From the NCBI RefSeq assembly GCF_022045235.1, contig NW_027266297.1, positions 73,222,001 through 73,286,000 on the forward strand: a stretch of 64,000 nucleotides of DNA, in the 5' to 3' direction. This DNA comes from Haliotis cracherodii (taxonomy: Eukaryota). Shown here one piece after another: positions 11,922 to 24,603 of the stretch; position 1 is the stretch's first letter; each line of letters starts with the position of its first letter. The translations under genes and the position numbers were made by a program. The notes below the pieces were generated by a model. That model was not told the DNA's origin and did not search any database. It saw nothing but the letters and a program-made list of their open reading frames with translations.

Positions 11922-14900
11922 GTGAGAGTAAAATGGCAACTCAATCTCATTACAATCAGATCTTAGTTCTCGCTCCCGCTAACAAAGTTAAAATTGTTTG
12001 ATAGGCATTATTTAGAAGTTGAAGGATGGCAAGATAGACACAATTTTATGGATAACACAGTTTAAAGAAGTTGTTATTCATAACATTGTGTCTATCTCGC
12101 TAAACAAAGATCTGAAGACATCCCATTACGGAGCGCGTTATGACGACCTTTCATCCAACCAATCAAATCGTCGCTTACCAGACCAGGGTGCCGTTGTACA
12201 AAACAACCTTAGCAGTACGACTGTCGTAAGTCTATGTGAGCAAGTGGAATCTATGTTTTAATAATATTTTCCTCATTCCGTTTCCGCACAAACTAAGTTG
12301 CGCATTTCGGTTGTTATTGCCTGGCCCAGTTTTTTGTTAAAACACCTATCACCAAGCATGCTGTCTAATGGGCAATCTTTTCAATTTATCTTCCCTTCAC
12401 TAACCCGCTAGGTGCGCTGACCCGAACGGTCCAACCTTAAACTGACGGCGGCGGTATGCGCAATACGAGCACTACATGTTACTATGACGCCTAAACAAGT
12501 ATAATCTTCACCTCCAACGGCAGCGGTCACACACGTGTGGACAGAATATCTATTCGCCTAAACCATGATTTATCTATTGTCATGTCCGGAAATGAATGTT
12601 ACTTGATTTAATTATACATCAGGGATGGACACGACAGATTATATTGTATACTTAACCACTAGATTGGCGTTCGAAGCGATGTGGTGAGATCAGCTGATCG
12701 TTCATTCCAGGTCGCTTTGTTGACATTCTGCAATCGATACTGAAAGTTGCCCTTGATGTATGAATATCACGCTTTTAAAAATTAAGTAGATTTTGTATAC
12801 GTTCCTATATCTATGTTGTAGTATCGCCGAGCAGGCTACACCACATGCACACACACATGTCGGTATGTACAGCGGTAAGACGATGCGGTACGCGACACGT
12901 GAAGGTCTTATGCAACGTAAAGTTGCCCGTAGCCTCAATGTGAATAGTAAATAATGACAGCGACACATGTAAGAATTTGTCAGATATATAACTGAAGGCA
13001 ATGAGAAATGTTTTCAAGAAATTGTAAGAGAAACAGGCACTGTAAAATTATGTCATCAACTAGATATCATAATACAATGTTCAAAATAAACGAAATGGAA
13101 ATCACTGAAATCTGTTTTGATATTTTAGGGTTAATTGGTGCATGTTGTATAAAAGGATTTTATGTATGAATGGTGCCTGTTGCCAATTCTACCATGATTA
13201 TATTTCAATATGATCAATGATAGATATATATTATTTTGGCCTTTTTTAAATTTTACAAAGTAGAAAAAAATAATTTGTAGGACCCTATATATTATTTAGA
13301 ATACATATTCAAGAGTATCTGTACCAACTACAATTTTTATCAAATATATTCATACTAATTTTCAATCTCTATAATGTTGATTGTATTAACATTGCAGTGT
13401 CTACATCCAATTTGTTTTGACAATAATCATGTGATTTTAACACAGATAAAGCTCACTCTTAACTTCATTAGGCCTTGCTTTTATGTTTCCGTATTCTAAA
13501 CTTATGTTTCAAATTCCATCATAAACACATTATTAATGTTATTCTCTTTCTCTTCACACCAACAGGTATCTTCATTGCACAATGACTCTTATTATATTAT
13601 TTAAAGTCTTGGCATACTTGTGCATGTGTACTAGTATTTGATTACACATGCATGAGTTTTTAGCTGTTATCTGCTTCTGAACTGAATATTGTTTCAATAA
13701 AGATAAGTAACATAAAAAAAGACACTGGTATTCTTTCATGTTTAGAGAATCAATCAATTCATTGTGAAAACATTTTTAATTTCTTACATAAGTTACTTTG
13801 ATCTTCATAAGATCCAAATAGATCCAAATTAAAATGAGGAGATTAAATTATGCAGTCCAATTCATTTCAGCCAGTCTGTCTAAAATCCGGTCCTATTTTT
13901 CAGGCAATAATAATTGAATGAAAATTAAAGAAAAAATATACTTTGCCTGAGTGAATCAGTCAATGTACATATTGGGCCTAATTATAAACACCGACTGTAC
14001 CATATGTAAGTATAAACGGGTATATGCAAAAACAAAGAACATAAATAAATCCATTTATCTGCATGGAATGATAGTGGGGTTCAGTTTGCATGTATTTAAC
14101 CATCAGAAGATTTGTTGATAAACATTCTAAATTCATATTTCCTATATGATAATACTATCTACAAAATATATTTTATACTACAGGTGTCTTGAAGCACTGT
14201 TTAGTGAAAATCAGGATATTTAGATACAACAGGATAGTGTGTGGGTTTGTATGGGAAATAATTTGTCAACATTAAAATAAGTATAATGTTACTAACACAA
14301 GAAGATAATACTACATCTTTTTAGGCATCATACACATTTTGTGGGGTAGTCAGTATGATTTGTTGTTTGTAGGGACTATTTACTACTATATGAAGAGCAT
14401 GAGTATCAGAATTCTGTAAGAAATGATGGATCAATGAATTAACACCTGTGATGACTCAGAACATTTAATGGTGGGACACATGTTATAAAGGGCAGAATAA
14501 TATGGGTAAATCTCTTCTTTCAAAGCATGATGACTAATATGTATATTGCAACTGAATAACTGAGTGCTTAATAGATGCATGGTAGATTTTCATTTGGCAT
14601 ATTTCTAAAAATATAATCTAAATTTAAATATTCAGATGCAACTTTAATTTTGAAATAAAAAGTAACATTTAAAATCAGTTATTTTATTATTTTGAACGTT
14701 ATTTCTTCATAAAATATTTGTAAAGGCATCGATGTATACTTAGTTTATAGATCATCGGTAAAGGTCTGGGCCTGTCAAAGATGTCTGTGTGCTGCAAATG
14801 TAGGCGTATCACTTATTTAATTAATTTGAAGTCCATGCATGGTAGTATTTGTTGAGATTTGAATGCTTCGAATTGTTGTGGGAAATAACACAAAGGCTGA

Positions 14901-16598
14901 TTAATGAAATGAGTTTGCATTATTTCATCGATGCAATATGTTAGCCCAGACTGACAGAATGCCTCGCTGTTTTCTGACGTAGAAAATATCGTGGCAATAT
15001 ACCGTTTTTCATGACGTTTTCCCGCTATCTTCCAAAGTGGCAATTCGTCTTGGAGTTGAAGACTCAACAAATTTTGACATCATAAAGTAATAATCACTGC
15101 AAAATATGTGCTAGTTAAAAATATTCAGTTGTAAACGACCGTTTTTAAACGAAGGTGCAACAGGGGAACTATCTTGGCTCCCTCTCTACTTGTCACTAGT
15201 TGTCGCAGCGCGCATTGATCCGTGAACCAGACCGGGACAAGCCGAATAGCGACTCATGCCCCTCTGATGGCCATTTTTGCGGCCGGGTTCCGTCCTAGCG
15301 CAAACGGGCATACCTAAAACAATTGTCAACTCGTTGCGTAATTGTTCACATATCTTTCTCAATATATTATATATATTTCAGATGCAATTTAAAGCACATG
15401 GGGACATGCGAAATTATACAGTATGATTGAACACAACACTGTGTCTTTGGTATATTTTTAGATGCAAGACATATGTAAAATCCAAAATTATTTCTGAGGG
15501 ATTCTTTGACGAAGAACTTGAAATCATACGCACATTCTGATTGGTTTGTCGTATTTTCGCACATAATATTAATCGATAGGGGATCGAGTTCTCTTGCAGG
15601 TTACGGAAAGGCGCGAGTGGTGACGAATGGCCACAGAGGTTATGGCGTTATGCTCTGTATCAATATTGTGCCAGCTATTTAACCAATATGTAGTGATGAT
15701 TATCTAACTGGTACTTTGAGAGGGATGAATTGTCTTTGTTATTTGAGTCACATTTCGCGAAAGGACGTTCTGACGTCCTCAGGTCTTATTTAGCCATAGC
15801 GAGAACTAAGATCAGAATTTAATGAGATTGCCAACAACTCATTTCATTCGTGAAAGCATATCAAACTGACATCACTCTCATTCTGTTGTGAGTTTGAAAA
15901 CTTACGGAGACTCCGTGTGCAGTGTACATCGTCAGGCCTGAAGTGTACACATATGTTCATTTGAAAACATCCATGGACTTCACAAATCTACTTTAATGAC
16001 AAAAACACATTCTTAGTCTACTACTGATTACTAAACACACTACACAGCATTAGAAACGCCCACATTCCAGAGTGACATTGCTGATGCGTCTTACAATGAG
16101 AAGTTCACTGAAGACACCAAATCAAGTTTTAATTACAATTTTGGAACTATTCTGCATTCAGGAAATATTATCGCATAGCAAGGTGTACGTTACCAAGCAT
16201 TACATGAAACAACAGTGAATATGTTAACTGATAATTCGTTACAAATAATGTAGGCGCAAGTGAAACTGGGGAGTTTCATCATTTGTAACGAATGTATAGT
16301 TATGCGCGCGTTATCCTACTTAAAATACAGCATCAAAGTTACAAATTAGTGCCTCTTCAAATAAATATATAGCCTGAAAGTTGAAATAAGTCAATAAATA
16401 AAAATAAATACCACACAAGAATACTGCACGGGCATTTCAAGCAGTGAATTCGCAAAACATGAGAATCTTCGTGCTTTGACTTCTTTGCGAGGTGCATCTG
16501 ATCTGGCCCGTACATTCGTACTGCACGTGCAATTTGAACTTGTTGGCCATAACATATCGTAACCTATAAATTCTCTAATGTGCTTGAGTCTTGTCTAG

Positions 16599-16693
16599 TT
16601 CTACGCAGCGACGTCAGAATACACGGCAGACAGCGTGAAAATGATATGGTACCGGAAGGAGATCCCTGAATGCCCGTATGGAACATGGCTGCA
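16599..16693 (+). CDS. Methyltransferase exon 2
   Basis: ttgtctag|FYAATSEYTADSVKMIWYRKEIPECPYGTWL|gtgagt; phase 0 to 2. Confidence 0.75.
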
Positions 16694-16875
16694 GTGAGTA
16701 GATCAGCCTCCCACTGGTTTACGTTTCCCTGTCTCAACCAACTGAGTCTGATGTGTCAGCTGTGACAAGTCATTTCTTAGGGCATATTATTCTCAACACA
16801 ATGGAAACATAAGGCTGATATATTTACCACAGTAAGAATAGAGGTTTTGAAGTTCAATTCTCATTTATTGCATCA

Positions 16876-17112
16876 GACCCATGAAGATCTGGGGTAGAAT
16901 AGGTCTTTAGAAACCCATGCTTGGCCTAAAAGACGAATTTGCTTGTCATAAGAGGCGACTAACGGGATCGCTGACTTGGTTGATGCATGTCATCGATCCC
17001 AATTGCTCATGATGTCAATCACTGTATTGCCTGGTCCAGCTTCGAATATTTACAGACCGCCGTCATATAGCCGGAATAGTGCTGAGTGCGGCGTTAAACA
17101 AACAAACAAGCA
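16876..17112 (+). mobile_element. SINE-like family B (no tRNA head; core CTTGTCGTAAGAGGCGACTAA)
   Basis: Starts GACCCATGAAGATCTGGGGTAGAATAGG, (AAAC)n tail, TSD-like TTATTGCATC/TTATTACATC. Confidence 0.85.
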
Positions 17113-17402
17113 AAATTATTACATCTAATCTTCTCGGTTTATCGCTTAGGAGCGGAAATGCCATTACTGCGTTTTTTTTATGTTTATATAACGTTGCAAC
17201 GTTTAGTTTTTTTCCGCCGTTTATCTCCAAATAAAATTCATCTACCCTTCAGTAAATCAACCTTTCAGTCTACGGATATTTTTAAAACACTTCCATCATG
17301 GGTTGGAGACAAACGCCTCGATCATGAAATGTTACGAATTGTTCACTCGTGAAATAGTGATAGCGTTTCCTCGAAACGAGGGATTGATCAATACGCTATA
17401 TA

Positions 17403-18905
17403 AACTAGTGTCCAAAAGAAACGATACCACCTGTTTGCAACGACATACAAGAAAAACTAAACAATGCAGAAGTTTAGGATTGGAGTTATGCTTTTGAGAA
17501 ATCCTTTCACAACATCTGTACAAAAATTTCATTTCAAGCCTTTAAAGATGGGTGGGGTCGAAAAATGAACATTTCGTTAGAGCACTGATCACAGAAACAA
17601 CGGGAAATGTCACACCACACGTCTCAAAGTCAAGTCAGTAGCGGGTATGTCCACCGTGAGCATCAATACATGCCAGAACACGCCTACGGACTGATGACGT
17701 CAAACGTCTGATGACGTTGGGAGTGATGCGTTGCCATTCCTCGAGGAGACATCGTTCCAAGTCCTGGACGTTGACTGGAGGCACACGGCGACGTCGGATT
17801 TGCCGATCGAGGTGGTCCCATAAGTGCTCGATGGGATTCATGTCCGGTGAACATGCGGGCCATGGCAAAACCTGTACGTTGGCGTTGGCAAGGAAGTTCT
17901 GTGTCAATCTTGCTGTGTGGCCTTGCATTGTCATGTTGGAAAAGGAGTCCACGAGGCTGTTGCTGAATAAAGGGCACCACAACAGGCCGTAGGATGTCAT
18001 CAAGATAACGCTGTGCATTCAGGTTTCCACGAATTACGACAAGCATCGTTTTGACGTCACCACAAACCATTAACCCTCCACCTCCAAACGGCCGGACCTG
18101 TTGGATACAGTTAGGCGCCAAACGTTCACCAAATCGTCGGTATACAAGCTGCCGTCCATCGTTTCTGAACATGAGGAATCTGCTCTCATCAGAGAACATA
18201 ACACGTGCCCAGTCCCGCCGTTGCCAACGTCGAACTCGCCTGGCCCAGATCAGTCTGTTGTTCCGGTGTCGAGGCGTCAGGAGCGGTCCGCGGTAGGGAT
18301 GACGTGGCCGGATACCATACTGCCGTAGTCTCCTGTAGACGGTCTGTCGACTGATCCTGTGTCCCAGTTCTGTAGCCGCCGTGGACGTCGCTGTTACGAT
18401 GCGGTTCCTCAGGTGTAATACCCGGATGTAACGATCTTCACGGGGCGTGGTTACTCGTGGTCTTCCACTCCTGGGCCTGTCTGACGTCTGACCTGTCTGA
18501 CGTAACCGCTGCATCAACCTGGTGATAGTGATGCGTGCGCAACCCAACCTTCTGGCGACGTCGACGTGTGACGCTCCTTGTTGGACCATTCCAACGGCTC
18601 CCTCTCTCTCGATGGCTGTCAAACGTGGCATATCTTGTGTTCATTTTGTTGCTGTGATATCAACGTGTCTGATCAGCCGTTTTATACAGTTTTTATGCAC
18701 GTGCAGAACATGCTAGAGAGGGAAATGTCACTTTCACGAAATTTACGTTTTTTCCCGGAAGTGATCACGTGTTCCCGGTATTTTTTATCGACTATGCTGT
18801 GTTTGGGATGTGCAATACGAATTGGCATGTTTTCATACTAGACAATTCACTTAATAAAAAACAATTTTGAAAATAAGTTGGTATCGTTTCTTTTGGACAC
18901 TAGTT
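17403..18905 (-). mobile_element. Near-intact Tc1-like (DD34E-type) transposon in methyltransferase intron 2
   Basis: Perfect 27-bp TIRs AACTAGTGTCCAAAAGAAACGATACCA, TA TSD on both sides. Confidence 0.95.
17635..18631 (-). pseudogene. Tc1 transposase, one frameshift near 17915 and a small in-frame deletion
   Basis: MPRLT..HTH, GRPRVTT, FSDESRF, HDNARPH, then shifted frame WPACSPDMNPIEHLW...GGHTRY. Confidence 0.9.
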
Positions 18906-18952
18906 TAGTAACGACAATGATGTGTTCTGGAAGCCATCCATACAAAACATAA

Positions 18953-19320
18953 CCCTCTTTCTGTACCCCTATTTTACAGTGGAGGCATTAGGGGGTAGCC
19001 CTCTTTCTGTACCCCTATTTTACAGTGGAGGCATTAGGGGGTAGCCCTCTTTCTGTACCCCTATTTTACAGTGGAGGCATTAGAGGGTAGCCCTCATTCT
19101 GTACCCCTATTTTACAGTGGAGGCATTAGGGGGTAGCCCTCATTCTGTACCCCTAGTTTACAGTGGAGGCATTAGGGGGTAGCCCTCTTTCTGTACCCCT
19201 ATTTTACAGTGGAGACATTAGGTGGTAGCCCTCTTTCTGTACCCCTATTTTACAGTGGAGGCATTAGGGAGCAGCCCTCTTTCTGTACCCCTATTTTACA
19301 GTGGAGACATTAGGGGGTAG
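18953..19320. repeat. 46-bp minisatellite (8 copies) running into a SINE head
   Basis: Unit CCCTCTTTCTGTACCCCTATTTTACAGTGGAGGCATTAGGGGGTAG. Confidence 0.95.
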
Positions 19321-19450
19321 CCTCGTGGTTAAAGTGTTCGCTCGACACTCTGGAGGCCCGTGTTCCATTCAATGTGTGAAACCCGATTCTGCTGTGATAT
19401 TGATGGACTATTGATAAAAGCGACATAAAACAATATTAATTTACTCACTC
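19313..19450 (+). mobile_element. SINE family A, diverged
   Basis: GGGTAGCCTCGTGGTTAAAG...TGTGTGAAACCCGATT...ACTCACTC. Confidence 0.75.
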
Positions 19451-19459
19451 TTTTTATAG

Positions 19460-19591
19460 TGACACCAGTGTTATCATAACCAAGTCGTGGACAGTGGAGG
19501 ACTTCGTCAACCTCACGTCCACAATGTCCTGCTGGCTGAGGTATCTGAAGGCGAACCCACACTCCACAAAACTGACTGAATTTGGAGAAAA
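19460..19591 (+). CDS. Methyltransferase exon 3
   Basis: tttttatag|DTSVIITKSWTVEDFVNLTSTMSCWLRYLKANPHSTKLTEFGE|gtaatt; phase 2 to 2. Confidence 0.8.
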
Positions 19592-19929
19592 GTAATTTAG
19601 TTTTATGCGGTGTACACTTACGAATGCTTCGTGCAAATATTCTTTTCGTATTCGGACAGTTAATCAATTACATTTATATGTAACATTTAACTTTGTTGTA
19701 TCCAAGTATCGACCATACCGATAAGTATCGAGGAGACGTGCAACTAACGAAAGTAATTCAATTGCTGGTGGAGATTAAAGATGAATGCCCATCTAATTCA
19801 CTACAGATAAGGATGAGGTAAGGGGGCAAAGGGTGAAGAGTGGTTTGGAAACTCAGAATATATTCCACCATTTCAAGATACATGTATATGTAAGATAGCT
19901 GACAATTGTTGTTGTTTTGTTTACTGCAG

Positions 19930-20038
19930 ACTGACCAGTATACTCCGCAGTGACACAGAGGAAATACGAGCAACAGCAACTTCCATGGAAGTGAAATATC
20001 TCGTCAATATTCTGCTGTGTAGGAAACCAAATCTTTGA
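19930..20038 (+). CDS. Methyltransferase exon 4 (terminal)
   Basis: ttttgtttactgcag|LTSILRSD...VKYLVNILLCRKPNL*; family-typical LLxRKP end; spliced CDS 810 nt = 269 aa. Confidence 0.8.
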
Positions 20039-20253
20039 CTCCTTACACAACACAACATTGTGTTTTGTGCGCAATAATCCCGCTTTTATAGTTGAATGTC
20101 TTGCTAAGGGTTGGTTATACTCTGCTGGTTATACTGAATCATGCGTTACTGAAAAATATATTAAAAACCTTGTCATCTTATCACTGTCTGAATCATTTTT
20201 GTTCTTTACATTTATGTTTGATAATGCGATTTGTTTTATCACATTGTTTCACC

Positions 20254-20400
20254 GACTCCGAGCCGACCAGCCCTTCTTTTAGCTCCTTAATGCCGAGCGC
20301 CAGACAGGGTAACAACAAGTACCATCTTTTAACGTCTTTTGGTAATACGCGGCCGGGGATCGAACCCCGGACCTTTCACTCTCCGTGCGGATGCTCTACC
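20254..20400 (-). mobile_element. tRNA-derived SINE with Meta/MESC-like central domain (family D)
   Basis: Reverse strand GGTAGAGCA...GGTTCGATCCCCGGCCGCGTATTACCAAAAGACGTTAAAAGATGGTACTTGTTG...GCATTAAGGAG. Confidence 0.65.
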
Positions 20401-20839
20401 GGCCAATGTTCCCGGTTGGGAGAGCCCCTCTGTCACTCACACAAGTCGATGATCTGGGCCCGTCTCCCTGACTAACCATGTCAGTCAGGTTTTGTAGACA
20501 GAGGTATTACATAACGTGGGGCAGCGTCATTGACCCACGTGCATGTACATACGTAAGATCCGGCGACGTAAGGAGGTGTTAATTGACATTTATAGATTGG
20601 GCTGTAGATTAAGGGTGCTTCCGGGAGGGGGCTTATGATAAGAGGGGATACGCCGAAGTTTTGCTGAATATATTAAACAAGGGGAACGGAATTTCGGTGC
20701 ACTTGGAAACACATTGAACCAATTAGGAGATAAACATACTGTGTTGTAGAGCTAGGTTACTTGTAGATTTAACCCCACTAAATTGAATTTGGAACCGAAC
20801 ACACATCCGTTCTGTGTGTGCCAAGTTTAAGGGACCAGT

Positions 20840-21510
20840 TATACCTGTTCACTGTATGGGAAATGCTACGATGTACCCAGTTGGCTTTGCACTGTTGCCT
20901 AACCGGACACGAGCAACCTGTATGCGGCTCTTCACACTTGCACCCCTGACAATCCAGACAGACTTGGGAGTGGCAGCTATCCGTGGAGTGGAAGAAGTGT
21001 ATTCAGATGCTGACATCCGTGGGTGTTTCTTCCACTTCACCCAAGCTGTCTGGAGGAATGTAGCCGAGAGGGGCCTCAGTGTCCACTACAAGGATAACCC
21101 GTCAGTGCAAGCCCATGTCAGATGAACTGCATCCCTTCTCTACGGCAACTTGACCTAGTTCTTGGCGCCTGGATCGCAGTGATGGAGGAAGGCCCTGACC
21201 CCGTCAAAGATCAGATCCTTCAATGACTACATGACGTCATGACTGGGTTGACTATGACGCCAGGTTCTAAGGGCGCGTGTAGAGTCATTATGGAGGTATT
21301 GGACCCCTCAACAACATCCACCTCGAGGGGTGGTAGCATCAACTGAAAAACAGGATCTCCAAGGCCGTTCCTAACATTTTCCTGTTGGTGACCCACATAA
21401 AGTACCTGGAAGATGGCAAAGCGTGCCCAGCTGGATCTTGGATCCCTTCCCCAAAACGTGTGTCCCGGGAAATGGACAACAGGTTAATGAGACTGAAGGA
21501 CCATCTCGAC
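20840..21510 (+). mobile_element. MULE (Mutator-like) transposase remnant
   Basis: PVGFALLPNRT...IQTDLGVAAIRGVEEVY..ADIRGCFFHFTQAVWR and downstream NxHLEGW-like motif, disrupted by stops and frameshifts. Confidence 0.85.
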
Positions 21511-21949
21511 TGCTGAAGTTGTAGTTGTGAATTTCTTGATTTAGCAAGATAAGGTTAATACGGTTGGCAAAAACATTCCTAGTTTGTATCTCTCACAGTG
21601 GTCTGTACATTGGGGGCAAGGGTGTCCCTGTCGTCAAAGGGGACGCCATTCTCTGTGCCGATTTGCGTTTCATGGGCTATGCAGAATCATTTGATCGTAT
21701 GTTAAGTTAAATCTTTGTGGACTGTTGTCAGCGCCATATCCACTCGTCCACCACTCACTCAACCTCAACCAAGTCGTTACAAGGAATGACCAAATAAAAA
21801 GTTCAATTTGACAAATTAAGTGCTCATTGGTATAAGATGGGTCAGCACTATAAGCTTATGTTTGCATTTCTTCGTTTTGGAGCACGTATTGTAGTAAATA
21901 AATAAGAGAAGAATCAGTCTTGATTATCTGTCGACACAGAACATTGTAT

Positions 21950-22900
21950 GAATGGTACACTGAACACCAGTGATGGTACCATCAGAAGGGTAACGCCCAC
22001 TACTTACACAATTTTGGTAAAACAGTAAATGTTTATTTGTTGCCTAGAGAGAGGTTAAAGTAAACAAGGCAATTGTTGTCCAGTCACGATTCTGTTCATT
22101 TCGTACACAGAATATAAATAATAGATTGCAATGTGAATGGCTGGTAATACAATGAAATTAATATACTTCGCTGTGTCCAATAGATCAGACAGACCATGAC
22201 GCATGCCATTTCATTTTCTCTTAACTTCATGTAAATGTTTAATGAAAGAAAAAATTGTAAAATGGAAAGACCAAATGTTGGAGCTGAAAGAATATTGCTC
22301 GACACAAAGGGAAAGTTGACTTGTCATACAGTTCTGTCCCTATGAATCTTTATGAATATATCTAAATATGAAACTGGTCTCCTTTATTTCTGTCTTAGGT
22401 AGGTAAATCAGTGGAAGAGAAAAGGCTATTTGATGGTTGTTGAACAAGGAAGGTAATGCAGCTCGACTTTGTTTTCCTCAATACTGATAAATTGGTTCTC
22501 GTTCCAAGAGTTCTTGTGGAGTCTCATCAGTCAGGTACTCATCTGATATGCTGTCTACTAGACTGTCTACTAGACTGGCTTTCCGTAGACTACTTGCAGT
22601 ATACAGTAAGAACACATAAGTCTTGATCGCCACAAGCTTCCCCATGTTAACAGCAGGTCCATCGAGGATGAGGACATCAAGTTGAGGGGCAGCGCTATTT
22701 GTATCGTCACGACTGGCAAGGAAATCAAGTAAATCAGACCTATTCCAAATCTTTATTTGTCATGATGAGGTAAGGACGGAGGATATGTCTGGTTTTCATG
22801 TTTAACAAATAAATGTTATCTCGTGTTTGAAAAGCAATGTACAATCTGGAAAACAGTAAACACTTTTCAAAGAAGACACCTGTAGTTTGGGCCGAGTTAA
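21950..22900 (-). mobile_element. Academ-like transposase remnant
   Basis: Minus strand HENQTYPPSL...SDLLDFL...ILDGPAV resembles the Academ HENQxxPPSL...KSDLL...DG motifs; heavily decayed. Confidence 0.55.
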
Positions 22901-22960
22901 GGCATCTTGAGTGATGGCTCTAACGGACAGCTTGTTCTTATTTATTGGAGTTCAAATTCG

Positions 22961-22961
<1 letters not shown>

Positions 22962-23020
<59 letters not shown>
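22962..23020. repeat. (TG)n microsatellite
   Basis: Pure GT dinucleotide run. Confidence 0.98.
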
Positions 23021-23023
<3 letters not shown>

Positions 23024-23312
23024 AGCACCCTTATAGAGCCTGTTAGAACTCGAACTGTTTGTGTCTTAAAATGTTCTGCTTGCCTAACAGAGGCTACTGA
23101 AGTTCTGAAATTCCTCCTGAATATTTGGACTGATCTTTTTTTCAGATCAATCATGAATGACGTCACAATAGACATGACGTCTCAGCTGAAGATTGTGGAT
23201 TTCTAGGGCAGCGGTGGTGATTCTATTTCTAAATTCGTCTCTGTATGTAGACATCGTCTTCGGTAATAATTAGAACATTATATTCATGTTTCATGTCATG
23301 CTATGCATACCA

Positions 23313-23478
23313 GGGCGGTCGGGTAGCCTCGTGGTTAAAGGGTTCGCTCGTCACGCCGAAGACCCGGGTTCGATTCCCGACATTAGTACAATGTGTGAAG
23401 CCCATTTCTGGTGACCCCGCCGTGATATTGCTGGAATATTGCTAAAACGGCGTAAAACCATACTCACTCACTCACTCA
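23313..23478 (+). mobile_element. SINE family A, young copy
   Basis: A/B boxes, (ACTC)n tail, perfect 12-bp TSD CTATGCATACCA. Confidence 0.93.
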
Positions 23479-23889
23479 CTATGCATACCACACTCACTTT
23501 CATTCGTGAAATACCGGAACCAGACACCCGTGTCGTAAGCAAAGTATGACATGAACACTCATATAATATCCTCTATTTATCATACAAGGCACAATTTCAA
23601 ATTTTATTGCACATTGCTACTGGACTTCAGAAGAGGAGATTTTTTATTCAGTGCGACTGAACTAAAGCGTTGTAATGTCAAAATTGTTTGTAGGTTCTCG
23701 ATTTACCACAGACACGTTCCGAATGTATCATCTGCACTTCCGATACCTTATGAGAAGACCACAGTACACCAGTCGTCTCTTGATTGTAATGAAACGCACT
23801 AATTCTAAGACCTGAGCAGCCCGACTACTGGAAGCCCCGCATTGTCAGCTACATACTGTTTTCCACAATCATTGCTATATGCAACTACA

Positions 23890-24030
23890 GTGAGTGAGTG
23901 AGTGAGTATGGTTTAACGCTGCTTTTAGCAATATCACGGCGGGGGCCACATTGTACCTATGTGGGGAATCGAGCCCGGGTCTTCGGCGCAACGGGCGAAC
24001 GCTAAAACCACAAGGCTACCCGGCCGCCCC
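23890..24030 (-). mobile_element. SINE family A, internally deleted copy
   Basis: Reverse complement of 23313-23478 with (GTGA)n tail. Confidence 0.85.
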
Positions 24031-24340
24031 TGCAACAGAGAATGAAAGTGACAATACATACACACATCAAAATGACCGTATCGATAGCTATCCGTATGAC
24101 TTCGATTTCTCCAAGTGGAACATTGAAAACAAAGGATAAATACGCAAAGGGAAATAGATTTGAACTTTTCTTCATAGTTTCTCAATAAAAGTTGACCATT
24201 ACATAACAAATGCTCATTTTATTGTATAGAATTTTCAATATCGTAATTTCTGTAATTTCGTGAATGGACTGAGTAAAGAATTCTTTTAACCATAAGAAGT
24301 CCATTTATATAATGCGCCAGATTCCAATCAACAATTTAAT

Positions 24341-24603
24341 GTTTGTTTGTTTGTTGTTTAACGCCGCACACAACAATATTCCACCTATATGACGGCGGTC
24401 TGTAAATAATCGAGTCTGGACTAGACAATTCAGTGATTGACATCATGAGCATCGACCTACGCATTTGGGACCGATGACATGCATCAACCAAGTCAGCGAG
24501 CCTGACCACCCGATCCCGATGGTCGCCTCTTGCGATCAGCTTAGTCGCCTCTTGCGACAAGCATAGTCGCCTTTTACGGCAAGCATGGGTTGCTGAAGAC
24601 CTA
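24341..24603 (-). mobile_element. SINE-like family B
   Basis: Reverse complement of family B consensus including TTAGTCGCCTCTTGCGACAAG. Confidence 0.85.

Noticed and set aside
12270-15345. AT-rich intronic block with GC-richer ends as a DNA transposon
   Set aside because: Only weak terminal complementarity; no TSD or transposase motif I could support
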